Source of the DNA: Bacillota bacterium
Lineage (GTDB): Bacteria; Bacillota_I; Bacilli_A; RF39; UBA660
Reading direction: 5' to 3'
Length of the DNA stretch: 64,000 bases
NCBI GenBank assembly: GCA_015059445.1
Contig: SVAK01000004.1
Span: 13,551 to 77,550 of the forward strand
Position 1 is the stretch's first letter, and each line of letters opens with the position of its first letter. Made by a program: the position numbers and the translations under genes. This document shows, one piece after another, positions 29,669-39,326 of the stretch. The notes beneath the pieces were generated by a model. The model ran no database searches and was not told the DNA's origin. It saw only the letters and a program-made list of their open reading frames with translations.

Positions 29669-31219
29669 ATGAATTATAAAGTACTATACAGAAAGTATCG
29701 ACCAAATAATTTTGAGAATATTCTTGGTCAAGATTATATTGTTAAAACTTTAAAAAATTCTATTATTAACAATGTAATATCACATGCCTATATATTTTCT
29801 GGCCCTAGAGGTACCGGCAAAACTAGTACCGCAAAAGTATTCTCAAAAGCAATCAATTGTTCGAATAACGTAGATGGCTCGCCGTGTGATAAATGTGAAT
29901 TTTGTACTAATTTTATAGAAAATCCAGATATTATTGAAATTGATGCCGCATCTAATAATGGAGTTGATGAAATACGTGGATTGATTGATAACATCAAGCT
30001 AACCCCAACAAACGGTAAGTATAAAGTTTATATAATCGATGAAGTTCACATGTTAACCACTAGTGCTTTTAATGCCCTTTTATTAACTTTAGAAGAGCCA
30101 CCAGCTCATGCAATTTTTATATTGGCTACGACAAATATTGAAAATGTTCCAATCACTATATTATCGAGATGCCAACGATTTGATTTTCAAAAAATTACTG
30201 TGGAAAACATAGTAGAAGGATTAAAAAATGTTTGTGAAAAAGAAAATATTGAAATAGAAACAGAAGCATTGACTGAAATTGCATATTTATCAGAAGGCGG
30301 TATGCGTGATGCATTAAGTTTATTAGATCAATTATCAAAGAATAAACAAAAAATTACTTTAGATTTAGTAGAAAACCAAATAAAAACTATTTCTCAGAAA
30401 GGAATAAACGAGTTATTAAATGCAATTGAAGAAAACAATATAGAAAAATGTTTGTGTTTAATAAATGATTATAGAGTTAGAGCTATAAATTATAAAACAA
30501 TTGTAAAAAAAGTAATTGATATTGCTAGCATAAAAGCAAAAAAGATAAAAAAATCTGGATCTTATAATAGATTGAAATTTTGTCATTATAAAAAGTTAAT
30601 AGAAGATTTATCAGATTCTTTAACCAAAGTGAATATTAATGTTGATCCATATACTATTTTAGAAATGATTTTTTTAGATGTATTAGAGCTAGACTCTAAG
30701 GAAGTTATATTAGAGCCACAACAGAAACTCGATACAGAAGATAATGAAATAGAAATAAAAAACAAACCAAAACAAATTAATGAAGATTTTATAAGCATTA
30801 GAATAAATAATTGTTTTGTTAATGCTCAAAAGATATATTTAGAAGAAGCAAAAAAATTAATAGATGACGTTATATCGTCGGTTAATATAACTGGTAAAAT
30901 TCGCTCTTTAATTACAGATAGCAAAGTAGTTGCAGCCTCAGATGAGTATATGATTTTAACTTGTACTAATGAACACACAGCAGAAAATGCTAATAGATTA
31001 ATAGATGAGCTAGAAAGCGTTTTAAAGGAATCATTTAGTAAAAAATATAGATTAATATTCATATCAGAAAATAGATGGCAAAAAGAAAAAAATGTATATA
31101 TAACTAATTTGAAGTTAAATAAAAAGTATGAATTCATAAATGAAAAAAGTGAACAGGAGGAAAGTGAAGATCCTGTTATAAGCGATATATTTGATATATC
31201 AAAAGTAGAAATTATTTAA
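29669..31219 (+). CDS. dnaX: DNA polymerase III subunit tau (DnaX)
   Basis: YRKYRPNNFENILGQ, GPRGTGKTS, Zn module C..C..C..C, DEVHMLT and SRCQRFDF. Confidence 0.93.
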   Translation: MNYKVLYRKYRPNNFENILGQDYIVKTLKNSIINNVISHAYIFSGPRGTGKTSTAKVFSKAINCSNNVDGSPCDKCEFCTNFIENPDIIEIDAASNNGVDEIRGLIDNIKLTPTNGKYKVYIIDEVHMLTTSAFNALLLTLEEPPAHAIFILATTNIENVPITILSRCQRFDFQKITVENIVEGLKNVCEKENIEIETEALTEIAYLSEGGMRDALSLLDQLSKNKQKITLDLVENQIKTISQKGINELLNAIEENNIEKCLCLINDYRVRAINYKTIVKKVIDIASIKAKKIKKSGSYNRLKFCHYKKLIEDLSDSLTKVNINVDPYTILEMIFLDVLELDSKEVILEPQQKLDTEDNEIEIKNKPKQINEDFISIRINNCFVNAQKIYLEEAKKLIDDVISSVNITGKIRSLITDSKVVAASDEYMILTCTNEHTAENANRLIDELESVLKESFSKKYRLIFISENRWQKEKNVYITNLKLNKKYEFINEKSEQEESEDPVISDIFDISKVEII

Positions 31220-31233
31220 GGAGGTGATATATA

Positions 31234-31533
31234 ATGAATATGCAAAATCTTATGGCTCAAGCACAAAGAATGCAAAGGGAAATAACTGCAAAAAAAGAAG
31301 AATTAGAAAAGATGGAATTTGTAGGTAAATCAGAATGGGTTGAAATTACTTTTAATGGAGGTAGAACAATTCAAGATGTAAAAATACTAAAGGAAGGTAT
31401 TATTGAAGAAGACGACAAAGAAATATTAGAAGATATGATTCAAATAGCTACAAAGGATGCTTTTATTCAAATTAATAAAGCTATGTCTGAAAAAATGGGG
31501 CAATATGCTGGTGCGTTGGATGGTTTAATGTAA
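31234..31533 (+). CDS. ebfC: Nucleoid-associated protein YbaB/EbfC
   Basis: NMQNLMAQAQRMQREI... YbaB family, in the conserved dnaX-ybaB-recR order. Confidence 0.9.
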   Translation: MNMQNLMAQAQRMQREITAKKEELEKMEFVGKSEWVEITFNGGRTIQDVKILKEGIIEEDDKEILEDMIQIATKDAFIQINKAMSEKMGQYAGALDGLM

Positions 31534-31534
31534 T

Positions 31535-32137
31535 ATGATATATCCGGAGTTATTACAAAATTTAATTAATTTTTACAAAAAATTACCTGGGATTGGAGAT
31601 AAATCTGCTGAAAGAATGGCTTTAGCAACACTTGATTTGTCTGTGAAAGATGTAGAAAAATTTTCATCCTCATTAATTGATTGCAAGAATAAATTAAAAA
31701 ATTGCAAAATATGTGGTCATATTACTGAAAATGAAATATGTCACATATGTGAAAATTCGAATCGAAATCATAATTTAATTTGTGTAATTGAAGATTACAA
31801 AAGTGTTTTTTCTTTTGAAAAAGTTGGGAATTTTAGAGGAGTTTATCATGTACTAAATGGATTAATATCACCAATGGATGGCATAGGACCAGAAGATATT
31901 AATCTTTCGGCATTGGTGAGAAGAGTGGCATCTTTAGAAAATCCAGAATTAATTTTAGCATTAAAATCTTCAATTGAAGGAGAAACCACAACGCTTTACA
32001 TAAAAAAAATATTTGAAGATAAAAAAGTTACTATATCAAGATTATCCTATGGGATTCCAATTGGAGCTGAAATAGATTATTTAGACATTATTACATTAGA
32101 CAAAGCTCTAGAGGATCGTAAAAAAATATCAGAATAA
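31535..32137 (+). CDS. recR: Recombination protein RecR
   Basis: LPGIGDKSAERMA HhH, a C4 zinc finger (CKICGH...CHIC) and a Toprim domain. Confidence 0.94.
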   Translation: MIYPELLQNLINFYKKLPGIGDKSAERMALATLDLSVKDVEKFSSSLIDCKNKLKNCKICGHITENEICHICENSNRNHNLICVIEDYKSVFSFEKVGNFRGVYHVLNGLISPMDGIGPEDINLSALVRRVASLENPELILALKSSIEGETTTLYIKKIFEDKKVTISRLSYGIPIGAEIDYLDIITLDKALEDRKKISE

Positions 32138-32174
32138 ATTATTTCTTAAAAAATATAATTTATTGGGTGATATA

Positions 32175-32363
32175 ATGAAAAATAAACTAGGTACATTATT
32201 AAAAAAATTAGTCTTTGCCTTTGGTATTATTTATGGAATTAATGTTGTATTAAAAAATGTAGGAATATATATACCGATAAATATTATTACCATTGGTATA
32301 ACTTCTTTTTTAGGAGTACCTGGTTTATTATCTCTATTTGCAATCTTCTATATTATAAATTAG
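32175..32363 (+). CDS. bofA: Pro-sigma-K processing inhibitor BofA
   Basis: ...GIYIPINIITIGITSFLGVPGLLSLFAI... aligns by eye with the B. subtilis BofA C-terminal half. Conserved position after recR. Confidence 0.65.
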   Translation: MKNKLGTLLKKLVFAFGIIYGINVVLKNVGIYIPINIITIGITSFLGVPGLLSLFAIFYIIN

Positions 32364-32373
32364 GAGGTTTATT

Positions 32374-33240
32374 ATTAATATTAGTGAGTTAGAAAAATTA
32401 GTAGAGTATTATAAAGACGAGAAACTATCACACGCGTATTTAATATCAACAAATAATACTAGAAAATGCATGGAAGTTCTTTTAAATGTAATAAAGAACA
32501 TTTTTTGTGATGGAGAATATAGTTTAAATTGTAATAAATGTTCTTTATGCCATTTAATAGATGTTAATAATTTACCAAGTTTAAAAATAATTGAACCTGA
32601 TGGTAATTTTATAAAAAAAGACCAAGTGTTAGAATTGAAATATATATTTTCTAAAGATTCTCAATATACTAAAGAAAGCATTTATATCATTAAAAATAGC
32701 GAAAAAATGAATAAAGAAGCTGCAAATACAATGTTGAAGTTTTTAGAAGAACCAGAAGGTAAAGTAATAGGTTTTTTTATAACAAATTATCCAGATAACG
32801 TTATGCTTACTATTCGAAGTAGATGCCAGCATATTGATATTAACTTTGATAATGAAGTACATGAATTATTTGATATCACCAGAGATAAATATGAAGAATT
32901 AGTTTTAATAATTAATAACTATTTACAAAGATTAGAAGTAGAAAAAAAAGAATCAATCTTATATAATAAAAAATATCTTCAGGAACTAGAAAGGGAAGAT
33001 ATCAAAAAGATGTTACAGATTCTATTACAAATATATAAAAGTGAATTAGACAGTCGATACAATTTAGAAAATAAAATGATTAATTATCCTTTTTTAAAAC
33101 TATATTCTACAAACAATATTACAAAGAAAGTAAATTTAATTATCGAATTGTTAAAAGAAATTAGTTACAATGTTAATATAGACTTATTATTAGATAGATT
33201 TGTAATTGAAATGGAGGCGATTAATAATGAAATTGTATAG
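32374..33240 (+). CDS. holB: DNA polymerase III delta' subunit, apparent ATT start
   Basis: The frame is open from 32359. The conserved N-terminal LSHAYLI motif lies upstream of the first ATG (32470). An AGGAGG SD sits 6 nt before ATT 32374. Also FLEEPEG and SRCQHIDI. Confidence 0.7.
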   Translation: MNISELEKLVEYYKDEKLSHAYLISTNNTRKCMEVLLNVIKNIFCDGEYSLNCNKCSLCHLIDVNNLPSLKIIEPDGNFIKKDQVLELKYIFSKDSQYTKESIYIIKNSEKMNKEAANTMLKFLEEPEGKVIGFFITNYPDNVMLTIRSRCQHIDINFDNEVHELFDITRDKYEELVLIINNYLQRLEVEKKESILYNKKYLQELEREDIKKMLQILLQIYKSELDSRYNLENKMINYPFLKLYSTNNITKKVNLIIELLKEISYNVNIDLLLDRFVIEMEAINNEIV

Positions 33241-34015
33241 TGTAATTTTTAAAAGTAATGGAAAAGCTTATTATTTTAATGGCGAAGATTATTTAAAAAC
33301 AAATGATTATGTTATAGTTGAAACCGAAAAAGGTTTTCAATATGGTCAAATTAATGCATTATTAGATGAATTACCTAATTCCGAAAAATATAAAAATATT
33401 ATAAGACAAGCAACCGAAGAAGACGAAAATAATTATTATAAACTATTAGAAGAAAGTCAAAAAGCATTACAAAAGTGTAAGGAATTAGTAAAGCAATTTG
33501 ATTTAAATATGAATGTTATTAGTGCAGACTTTACTTTTGATAAATCACAATTAATGTTTAGTTTTGTGTCAGATGAACGTGTTGATTTTAGGGAGTTAGC
33601 AAAAAAATTAGCAAGTATCTACCATACACGAATAGAACTACGTCAAGTAGGAGCTCGTGATAAGGCTAAAGAAATTGGGGGAGTCGGAGTTTGTGGTCAA
33701 AACATTTGTTGTGGAAGATTTCTCGATCATATTGATGCAATATCTATGAATATGGCTAAAAATCAAAATTTAGCTTTAAATCCTTCAAAAATCAATGGGT
33801 TGTGTGGGCGTTTGTTGTGTTGCTTACAATATGAAGATGAAAATTATATTGAGTGTAGTAAAGGAATGCCTTCAGTTGGTGAAACCATTAAAATGCAAAA
33901 TGGTGATGGTAAAGTTATAAGTGTTGATGTTTTAAATCGCAAGTGTAAGGTTTTAATTGGAAGTAATAAGGAAGAAATAGAATTTGGAAATAAAAATGCA
34001 AGAAGTATTAAATGA
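33227..34015 (+). CDS. ricT: PSP1-domain protein RicT/YaaT
   Basis: PSP1 domain and a Cys-rich GVCGQNICCGRFL...LCGRLLCCLQYE. The ATG at 33227 follows a GGAGG SD. Confidence 0.87.
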   Translation: MKLYSVIFKSNGKAYYFNGEDYLKTNDYVIVETEKGFQYGQINALLDELPNSEKYKNIIRQATEEDENNYYKLLEESQKALQKCKELVKQFDLNMNVISADFTFDKSQLMFSFVSDERVDFRELAKKLASIYHTRIELRQVGARDKAKEIGGVGVCGQNICCGRFLDHIDAISMNMAKNQNLALNPSKINGLCGRLLCCLQYEDENYIECSKGMPSVGETIKMQNGDGKVISVDVLNRKCKVLIGSNKEEIEFGNKNARSIK

Positions 34016-34712
34016 TTTGTTTGATTATTCTAATTTAAAAATCTTTCAATATGTTGAAGGCTTTAAGTTTTCATTAGATTCTATTCTTCTAGCCGAGTAT
34101 GTGAAAACTACAAGCAAAACAAAGAATATTTTAGATTTGTGTAGTGGGAACGCTTCCATCCCACTAATACTTTCAACCAAGACCAAAGCTTATATTGATG
34201 CTTTTGAAATACAAGAAAGCATTTATAATTTAGCGAAAAAATCAATTTTATATAATAAATTAGAAAATCAAATTACTATATATAATTCTGATATAAAAGA
34301 AATAGATAATTATAAAAAAAATAAGAAATATGATATAATTACTTGCAATCCACCATATTTCAAGGTGGAAAATAATAGTCATGTTAATTACTTAGAGGTG
34401 TTATCAATAGCAAGGCATGAAATTAAAATTAATTTAGAAGAGATTTTTTTACTTGCATCATCTCATCTTGATGATAAAGGTGAATTTTATATGGTACATC
34501 GTGCATCTCGTTTAGACGAAGTTATTATTACCGCTAATAAATATAATCTAAACGTTAAAAATGTAGAACTTATTAAAACTAAAGAAGATAGTAAGCCATA
34601 TATTATTTTAGTAAGATGCATAAAAAATTCTAAGTTAGGCATAAAAATAAATAACGAGAAAAACATAGATAATTTAACAACATATCAAGGGTTGTTTAAG
34701 GAGGATTTATGA
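33984..34712 (+). CDS. tRNA (adenine-N6)-methyltransferase-like SAM-dependent methyltransferase (YabB/TrmN6 type)
   Basis: LDLCSGNASIPL and CNPPYF motifs. Conserved position after yaaT. Confidence 0.7.
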   Translation: MEIKMQEVLNDLFDYSNLKIFQYVEGFKFSLDSILLAEYVKTTSKTKNILDLCSGNASIPLILSTKTKAYIDAFEIQESIYNLAKKSILYNKLENQITIYNSDIKEIDNYKKNKKYDIITCNPPYFKVENNSHVNYLEVLSIARHEIKINLEEIFLLASSHLDDKGEFYMVHRASRLDEVIITANKYNLNVKNVELIKTKEDSKPYIILVRCIKNSKLGIKINNEKNIDNLTTYQGLFKEDL

Positions 34713-35260
34713 AATTAGTAGTAGGACTCGGAAATCCCGGAAGAGAATATAAAAATACGCGTCATAATATTGGATTTATGGTTCTTGATCATTATTTGGG
34801 TAAAATTGATTGGAAATCTAAAATGGAATCATATTTTTACCAAACTGAAGTTAATACTGAACAAGTAATATTTATTAAACCACTTACATATATGAATTTA
34901 TCTGGTTTAGCGGTTAGTAAAATTGTAAATTTTTACAAAATTAGTTTGAAGGACATATTAATAATTCAAGATGATTTAGATATGAAATTTGGAACATATA
35001 AAATAAAAAGGAATAGTTCATCTGGAGGACATAATGGTATTAAATCAATTATTTCTGAACTGCATTCTGATGAGTTTGGGAGGCTTAAAATAGGAATAGG
35101 AAAGAATACTCAAGTTCCTACTGATAAATATGTACTTTCTAAATTTAGTAGTGATGAATTAGAAAATTTTACTTCAAATTTAGATATATTTAATGAAATA
35201 ATAAATACATTTATTTCAAATGGTATAGAAGAAACAATGCTTAAGTATAATAATAATTAA
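34709..35260 (+). CDS. pth: Peptidyl-tRNA hydrolase
   Basis: MKLVVGLGNPGREYKNTRHNIGF and GGHNGIKSI. Confidence 0.94.
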   Translation: MKLVVGLGNPGREYKNTRHNIGFMVLDHYLGKIDWKSKMESYFYQTEVNTEQVIFIKPLTYMNLSGLAVSKIVNFYKISLKDILIIQDDLDMKFGTYKIKRNSSSGGHNGIKSIISELHSDEFGRLKIGIGKNTQVPTDKYVLSKFSSDELENFTSNLDIFNEIINTFISNGIEETMLKYNNN

Positions 35261-35268
35261 GGTGTTAT

Positions 35269-38200
35269 ATGGATTTTAGTAAGTATTTTAATTTTATAAA
35301 TGGAAGTGTAACATATGGGTTAACTGATGAGTTAATCGCTTTTTACGTGTTAGAATTATTTAAACAAAAAAAGAAAAATATTATATTTGTTACTAGTAAT
35401 TTATATGAAGGAAATAAAATTTTCAATACCCTAAAAAACCATACAGAAAATGTATTGATATTTCCAATGGATGACTTTGTTACTTCTAAAGTAGTAGCCA
35501 TGTCGCCAGAATTTCAATTAGGAAGATTAAACGCATTAGATAAATTAAAAAGTTCAAAACAAATAGTAGTTACCAATTTGATGGGATATTTAAAATACTT
35601 ACCTAATAAAAATAATAAAGATAGCATAGAAATTGAAATTGATAAAGAATTTAAAAGAGATGATTTAATAGACGTCTTAAATGAATTTGGTTATAAAAAA
35701 GAATCATTAGTAACAACTACAGGTGAGTTTTCAGCTAGAGGTTTTATTCTTGATATATTTCCGATAAATGAAATGCACCCGATTAGAATTGAATTCTTTG
35801 GTAATATAATTGAATCAATTCGTTATTTTGACGAAAATACCCAAAGAAAAATAGAAGACATTAATAAGATAACTATAAAAGCATTTCAAGAAATGGATAC
35901 ATTAGAAAAAAGCTCTTTATATGAATATACAAATGAAGGAATTGTTGTGTACTTAAACAAGGAACAAATAGATGTTGCTTATAATAAATTATGCGAAGAA
36001 ATAACTGAATATAAAGAAACAAATGATTCCAATGAAAAATATATGTATGAATTAAATGAAATAAATCCAAGTTATGAATTGTATATTGATACTATTAATA
36101 ATCCAACAAGTATAAAGGCGTCATTGATTCCATCATTTAATGAAGATTTTGATTTTTTAAAATCAATAGTGGAAAAATGGCAATTGGAGGGAAAGAAAAT
36201 ATATTTCTATTTATCTAAAGATAGTGAAGAAAAAGCTATAAAAAAAATTATTCCGAATGCAAATATTATTAAAGAAAAATTGAATCAGGGTTTTATTATT
36301 GATGATATTGTATGTATTTCAGAGCAAGATATAGGAGTTCAAGTAAATTCGCAACCAAAATATGGTAATAATTTACATATTGGAAAAAAAATTAAAAGTT
36401 ATAATGACTTAGAAAAGGGAGATTATATAGTTCATATTAATCATGGTATAGGGATTTATAATGGATTGGTTACTCTTACAAAAGATGGTTTAAAAAAAGA
36501 TTATATTCAACTTTTATATGATGGTAATGACAAAATCTACATTCCTGTAGAAAAGATTAATTCTATTTATAAGTATTCTGGTAAAGATAGTCTAAAACCC
36601 AAATTAAATAAGTTGAATTCTAGTAGTTGGGCTAAAACAAAAACCTACATTAAATCAAAAGCTAAAGATATATCAAAAGAGTTATTAAAATTATATGCCA
36701 AACGTGCTCAGACAAAAGGAATGCGTTATAAAGATTATGTGGAGCAAGATTTATTTGCTTCAACTTTTGAGCATACTGAGACTCGTGATCAAGCCAAGGC
36801 GATTTCAGAAATTAATGCAGATTTAAATAGCGAAATACCAATGGATAGACTTTTATGCGGTGATGTGGGATTTGGTAAAACAGAAGTGGCAATGAGAGCA
36901 ATTTTTAAAACAGTAGTAAATAACATGCAAGTAATGTATTTGTGTCCTACAACAATCTTAGCTAAACAACAATATAATGTTATAAAAGAACGATTTAAAG
37001 ATGTTCCAGTAGAAATCCGCCTTCTTAACAGATTTACTTCTACTAAGGAAGAAAAGGAAATCTTAAAAAAATTAATTTTAGGACAAATAGATATTTTAGT
37101 AGGTACACATAGAATTTTAAGTGATGATATTAAACCAACTAAACTTGGGCTTTTAGTTGTTGATGAAGAACAAAGATTTGGGGTTAAACACAAGGAAAAA
37201 ATAAAAGAATTTAAAAATGATGTTAATGTATTAACTTTATCAGCCACCCCAATACCTAGAACGTTAAAAATGGCGCTATCAGGATTAAGAGACTTATCTA
37301 TAATTGATACGGCTCCAGTTAATAGATATCCTGTTCAAACCTATGTAGTAGCAGAAAATGATTTATTAATAAAAGATGCAATTTATAAGGAATTATCAAG
37401 GAACGGTCAAATATTTATTTTGTATAATAAAATTGAAGGTTTAGATAAAATTGTTGATCGAATTAAAAAGCTAGTACCAGAAGCTAAAGTTAATTATGCT
37501 CATGGTCAAATGAATAAGGTAGAGCTAGAAAATATTATGGATGATTTTGTTAATTATAAGTATGATATTTTAGTATGCACCACCATTATTGAGAATGGTA
37601 TAGATATATCAAATGCTAATACTTTAATCGTTTTTGATGCAGATCATTTTGGATTGGGCCAACTATATCAAATCAGAGGAAGAGTTGGTAGAAGTGACAG
37701 AATTGCATATGCATATCTTCTTTATGATAATAGGAAGATGTTAAATGAAATAGCAATTAAAAGATTACAAGCGATCAAAGAATTTACTGAACTTGGTAGT
37801 GGTTATAAAATTGCGATGCGCGATTTGGCTATACGTGGTGCAGGTGATATTTTTGGAAGTGATCAAGCGGGTTTTGTTGATTCAGTAGGAATCTCGTTAT
37901 ATATGAAACTTATTGAAGATGAAATGAAAAGAGCAAAAGGCGAATATGTTGAAGAAGATGATGAAGATAATAAGAATTTAATTGAAGTATCAACCCATAT
38001 TAAAGACGATTATGTATCTGATGAAGACATAAAAATCGAAATTCATCAAAAGATTAATGAAATAGATTCTTTAGAAAAATTGAAAGAAGTTAAAGAAGAA
38101 CTAGAAGATCGATTTGGTAGAATTGATAATGATCTGGAAATCTATATGTATGAAGAGTGGTTCACAAATCTTTGTAAGATGTTAAATATTATAAAGGTCA

Positions 38201-38415
38201 TTAAAACTGATAGATTTGTTGAAATCACCATTCCAGAAGAAATATCTAATAATATAAAAGGCGATAAATTATTATTTGAAACAATGAGTATTACTAACAA
38301 GTTTAATATTAAATATTTACATAAAAATATTATTGTTACTTTATTTTATAAGGGGTTAGAAAAACATTATATTTATTATTTAGTAAAGTTGCTGATAGCA
38401 ATAAAAGATAATTAA
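35269..38415 (+). CDS. mfd: Transcription-repair coupling factor
   Basis: CarD-like domain (GDYIVHINHGIG), helicase motifs GDVGFGKTEVA, DEEQRFG and SATPIPRT, and a TRG motif. Confidence 0.96.
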   Translation: MDFSKYFNFINGSVTYGLTDELIAFYVLELFKQKKKNIIFVTSNLYEGNKIFNTLKNHTENVLIFPMDDFVTSKVVAMSPEFQLGRLNALDKLKSSKQIVVTNLMGYLKYLPNKNNKDSIEIEIDKEFKRDDLIDVLNEFGYKKESLVTTTGEFSARGFILDIFPINEMHPIRIEFFGNIIESIRYFDENTQRKIEDINKITIKAFQEMDTLEKSSLYEYTNEGIVVYLNKEQIDVAYNKLCEEITEYKETNDSNEKYMYELNEINPSYELYIDTINNPTSIKASLIPSFNEDFDFLKSIVEKWQLEGKKIYFYLSKDSEEKAIKKIIPNANIIKEKLNQGFIIDDIVCISEQDIGVQVNSQPKYGNNLHIGKKIKSYNDLEKGDYIVHINHGIGIYNGLVTLTKDGLKKDYIQLLYDGNDKIYIPVEKINSIYKYSGKDSLKPKLNKLNSSSWAKTKTYIKSKAKDISKELLKLYAKRAQTKGMRYKDYVEQDLFASTFEHTETRDQAKAISEINADLNSEIPMDRLLCGDVGFGKTEVAMRAIFKTVVNNMQVMYLCPTTILAKQQYNVIKERFKDVPVEIRLLNRFTSTKEEKEILKKLILGQIDILVGTHRILSDDIKPTKLGLLVVDEEQRFGVKHKEKIKEFKNDVNVLTLSATPIPRTLKMALSGLRDLSIIDTAPVNRYPVQTYVVAENDLLIKDAIYKELSRNGQIFILYNKIEGLDKIVDRIKKLVPEAKVNYAHGQMNKVELENIMDDFVNYKYDILVCTTIIENGIDISNANTLIVFDADHFGLGQLYQIRGRVGRSDRIAYAYLLYDNRKMLNEIAIKRLQAIKEFTELGSGYKIAMRDLAIRGAGDIFGSDQAGFVDSVGISLYMKLIEDEMKRAKGEYVEEDDEDNKNLIEVSTHIKDDYVSDEDIKIEIHQKINEIDSLEKLKEVKEELEDRFGRIDNDLEIYMYEEWFTNLCKMLNIIKVIKTDRFVEITIPEEISNNIKGDKLLFETMSITNKFNIKYLHKNIIVTLFYKGLEKHYIYYLVKLLIAIKDN

Positions 38416-38416
38416 A

Positions 38417-38445
38417 GTATAATATAATAAAATTTATTCACACTA
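38417..38445 (+). promoter_or_regulatory. Possible forespore sigma (sigma-G/F-type) promoter of spoVT
   Basis: GTATA at 38417, 17 nt, then CACACTA at 38439, resembling GnATA-N17/18-CATnnTA. Weak, motif-only. Confidence 0.3.
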
Positions 38446-38468
38446 GTAAATATGAGGAGTGAGTAGTT

Positions 38469-38978
38469 TTGACAAAAAGTGGAATTACAAGAAGAATTGA
38501 CGAATTGGGAAGAATCGTAGTTCCAAAAGAAATAAGATATAATTTAGGTATTAGAGATGGTGAGCCATTAGAAATATATACAGAAAATAATTCAATAGTT
38601 ATAAAAAAATATTCTCAAGTGGAAAACATTAAAGATATTAGTGCAAACCTTTGTGAAATAATTAGTGATATTTGCAATGTTTGGATTTTAATAAGCGATA
38701 GAGAAAAGATTATTGCTAGTAATAGCAATTTGAAAGAAATGATTAACTATAAGCTAGAAGAACATTTTAAGCAGCTAATTGATAATAGGGAAAGCAAAAT
38801 AACAGAAAAACCAGAAATGGCATTTAATACTAATAGTTATTTAACGATTGTTCCTATAATAACTTCTACTGATTGTAGTGGTTTAATTATTATTTTAAGC
38901 AAGGATAAATCGGATGAATATCTAAAGTACGCTAAAATAGTTCAAAAACTTCTTGTACAAAAATTAGATGTAACTTGA
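38469..38978 (+). CDS. spoVT: Stage V sporulation protein T (AbrB-family regulator)
   Basis: N-terminal SpoVT/AbrB swapped hairpin GITRRIDELGRIVVPKEIRYNLGIRDGEPLEIY plus a GAF-like C-terminal domain. Position after mfd as in Bacillus. TTG start. Confidence 0.82.
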   Translation: MTKSGITRRIDELGRIVVPKEIRYNLGIRDGEPLEIYTENNSIVIKKYSQVENIKDISANLCEIISDICNVWILISDREKIIASNSNLKEMINYKLEEHFKQLIDNRESKITEKPEMAFNTNSYLTIVPIITSTDCSGLIIILSKDKSDEYLKYAKIVQKLLVQKLDVT

Positions 38979-39003
38979 TAAAAAAAATAACATGTGCTAA
39001 ACT
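38975..39003 (+). promoter_or_regulatory. Sigma-A promoter for the metG leader (TTGATA-17-TAAACT, extended TG)
   Basis: TTGATA at 38975-38980, a 17-nt spacer and TGCTAAACT ending at 39003. Confidence 0.45.
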
Positions 39004-39009
39004 AAACTT

Positions 39010-39207
39010 AATTAACGAGGAATAAGTATAAAAATTGTGAAATTTTTTAGAGAGTTAATGTTAGGTGGGAATTAACAAAGGAAGCAATTTGGTATGGACT
39101 TAGGAGTTAAGTCGTGTGATGCGTTATAATCAAAAGTGTATGATTAATTTCATAAATTAAGGTGGTACCACGGAAACTTCCGTCCTTTAGTTTATGAAAT
39201 TTTTTTA
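39010..39207 (+). promoter_or_regulatory. T-box leader (Met specifier candidate AUG) upstream of metG
   Basis: AGAGAG and GGTGGGA stem-I elements. T-box sequence AAATTAAGGTGGTACCACGG at 39155-39173, with the UGGU bulge. Hairpin 39148-39199 followed by T7. Candidate specifier ATG at 39093-39095. Confidence 0.7.
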
Positions 39208-39326
39208 TGATTATGTGAAGCTTTATGCATAAGGAATATTTACTAAGTTCTTAACGTGTGGAGAGGAAGTTAGTAAAATTAGAACCGGTGGCATAGGTAG
39301 TACAAATAAGAAGGAAGGAATGGAAA

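Noticed and set aside
30538-30544. An A AAA AAG heptamer in the dnaX zero frame, identical to the E. coli dnaX -1 frameshift slippery site. The -1 frame stops 8 codons later (TAA at 30565).
   Set aside because: There is no upstream SD-like stimulator and only a weak AT hairpin downstream. The site falls at about codon 290 of 516, probably inside domain III. Lys-rich AAA AAG runs are expected by chance in a genome this AT-rich. Firmicute dnaX is not known to frameshift. It is worth only a passing look in proteomics data.
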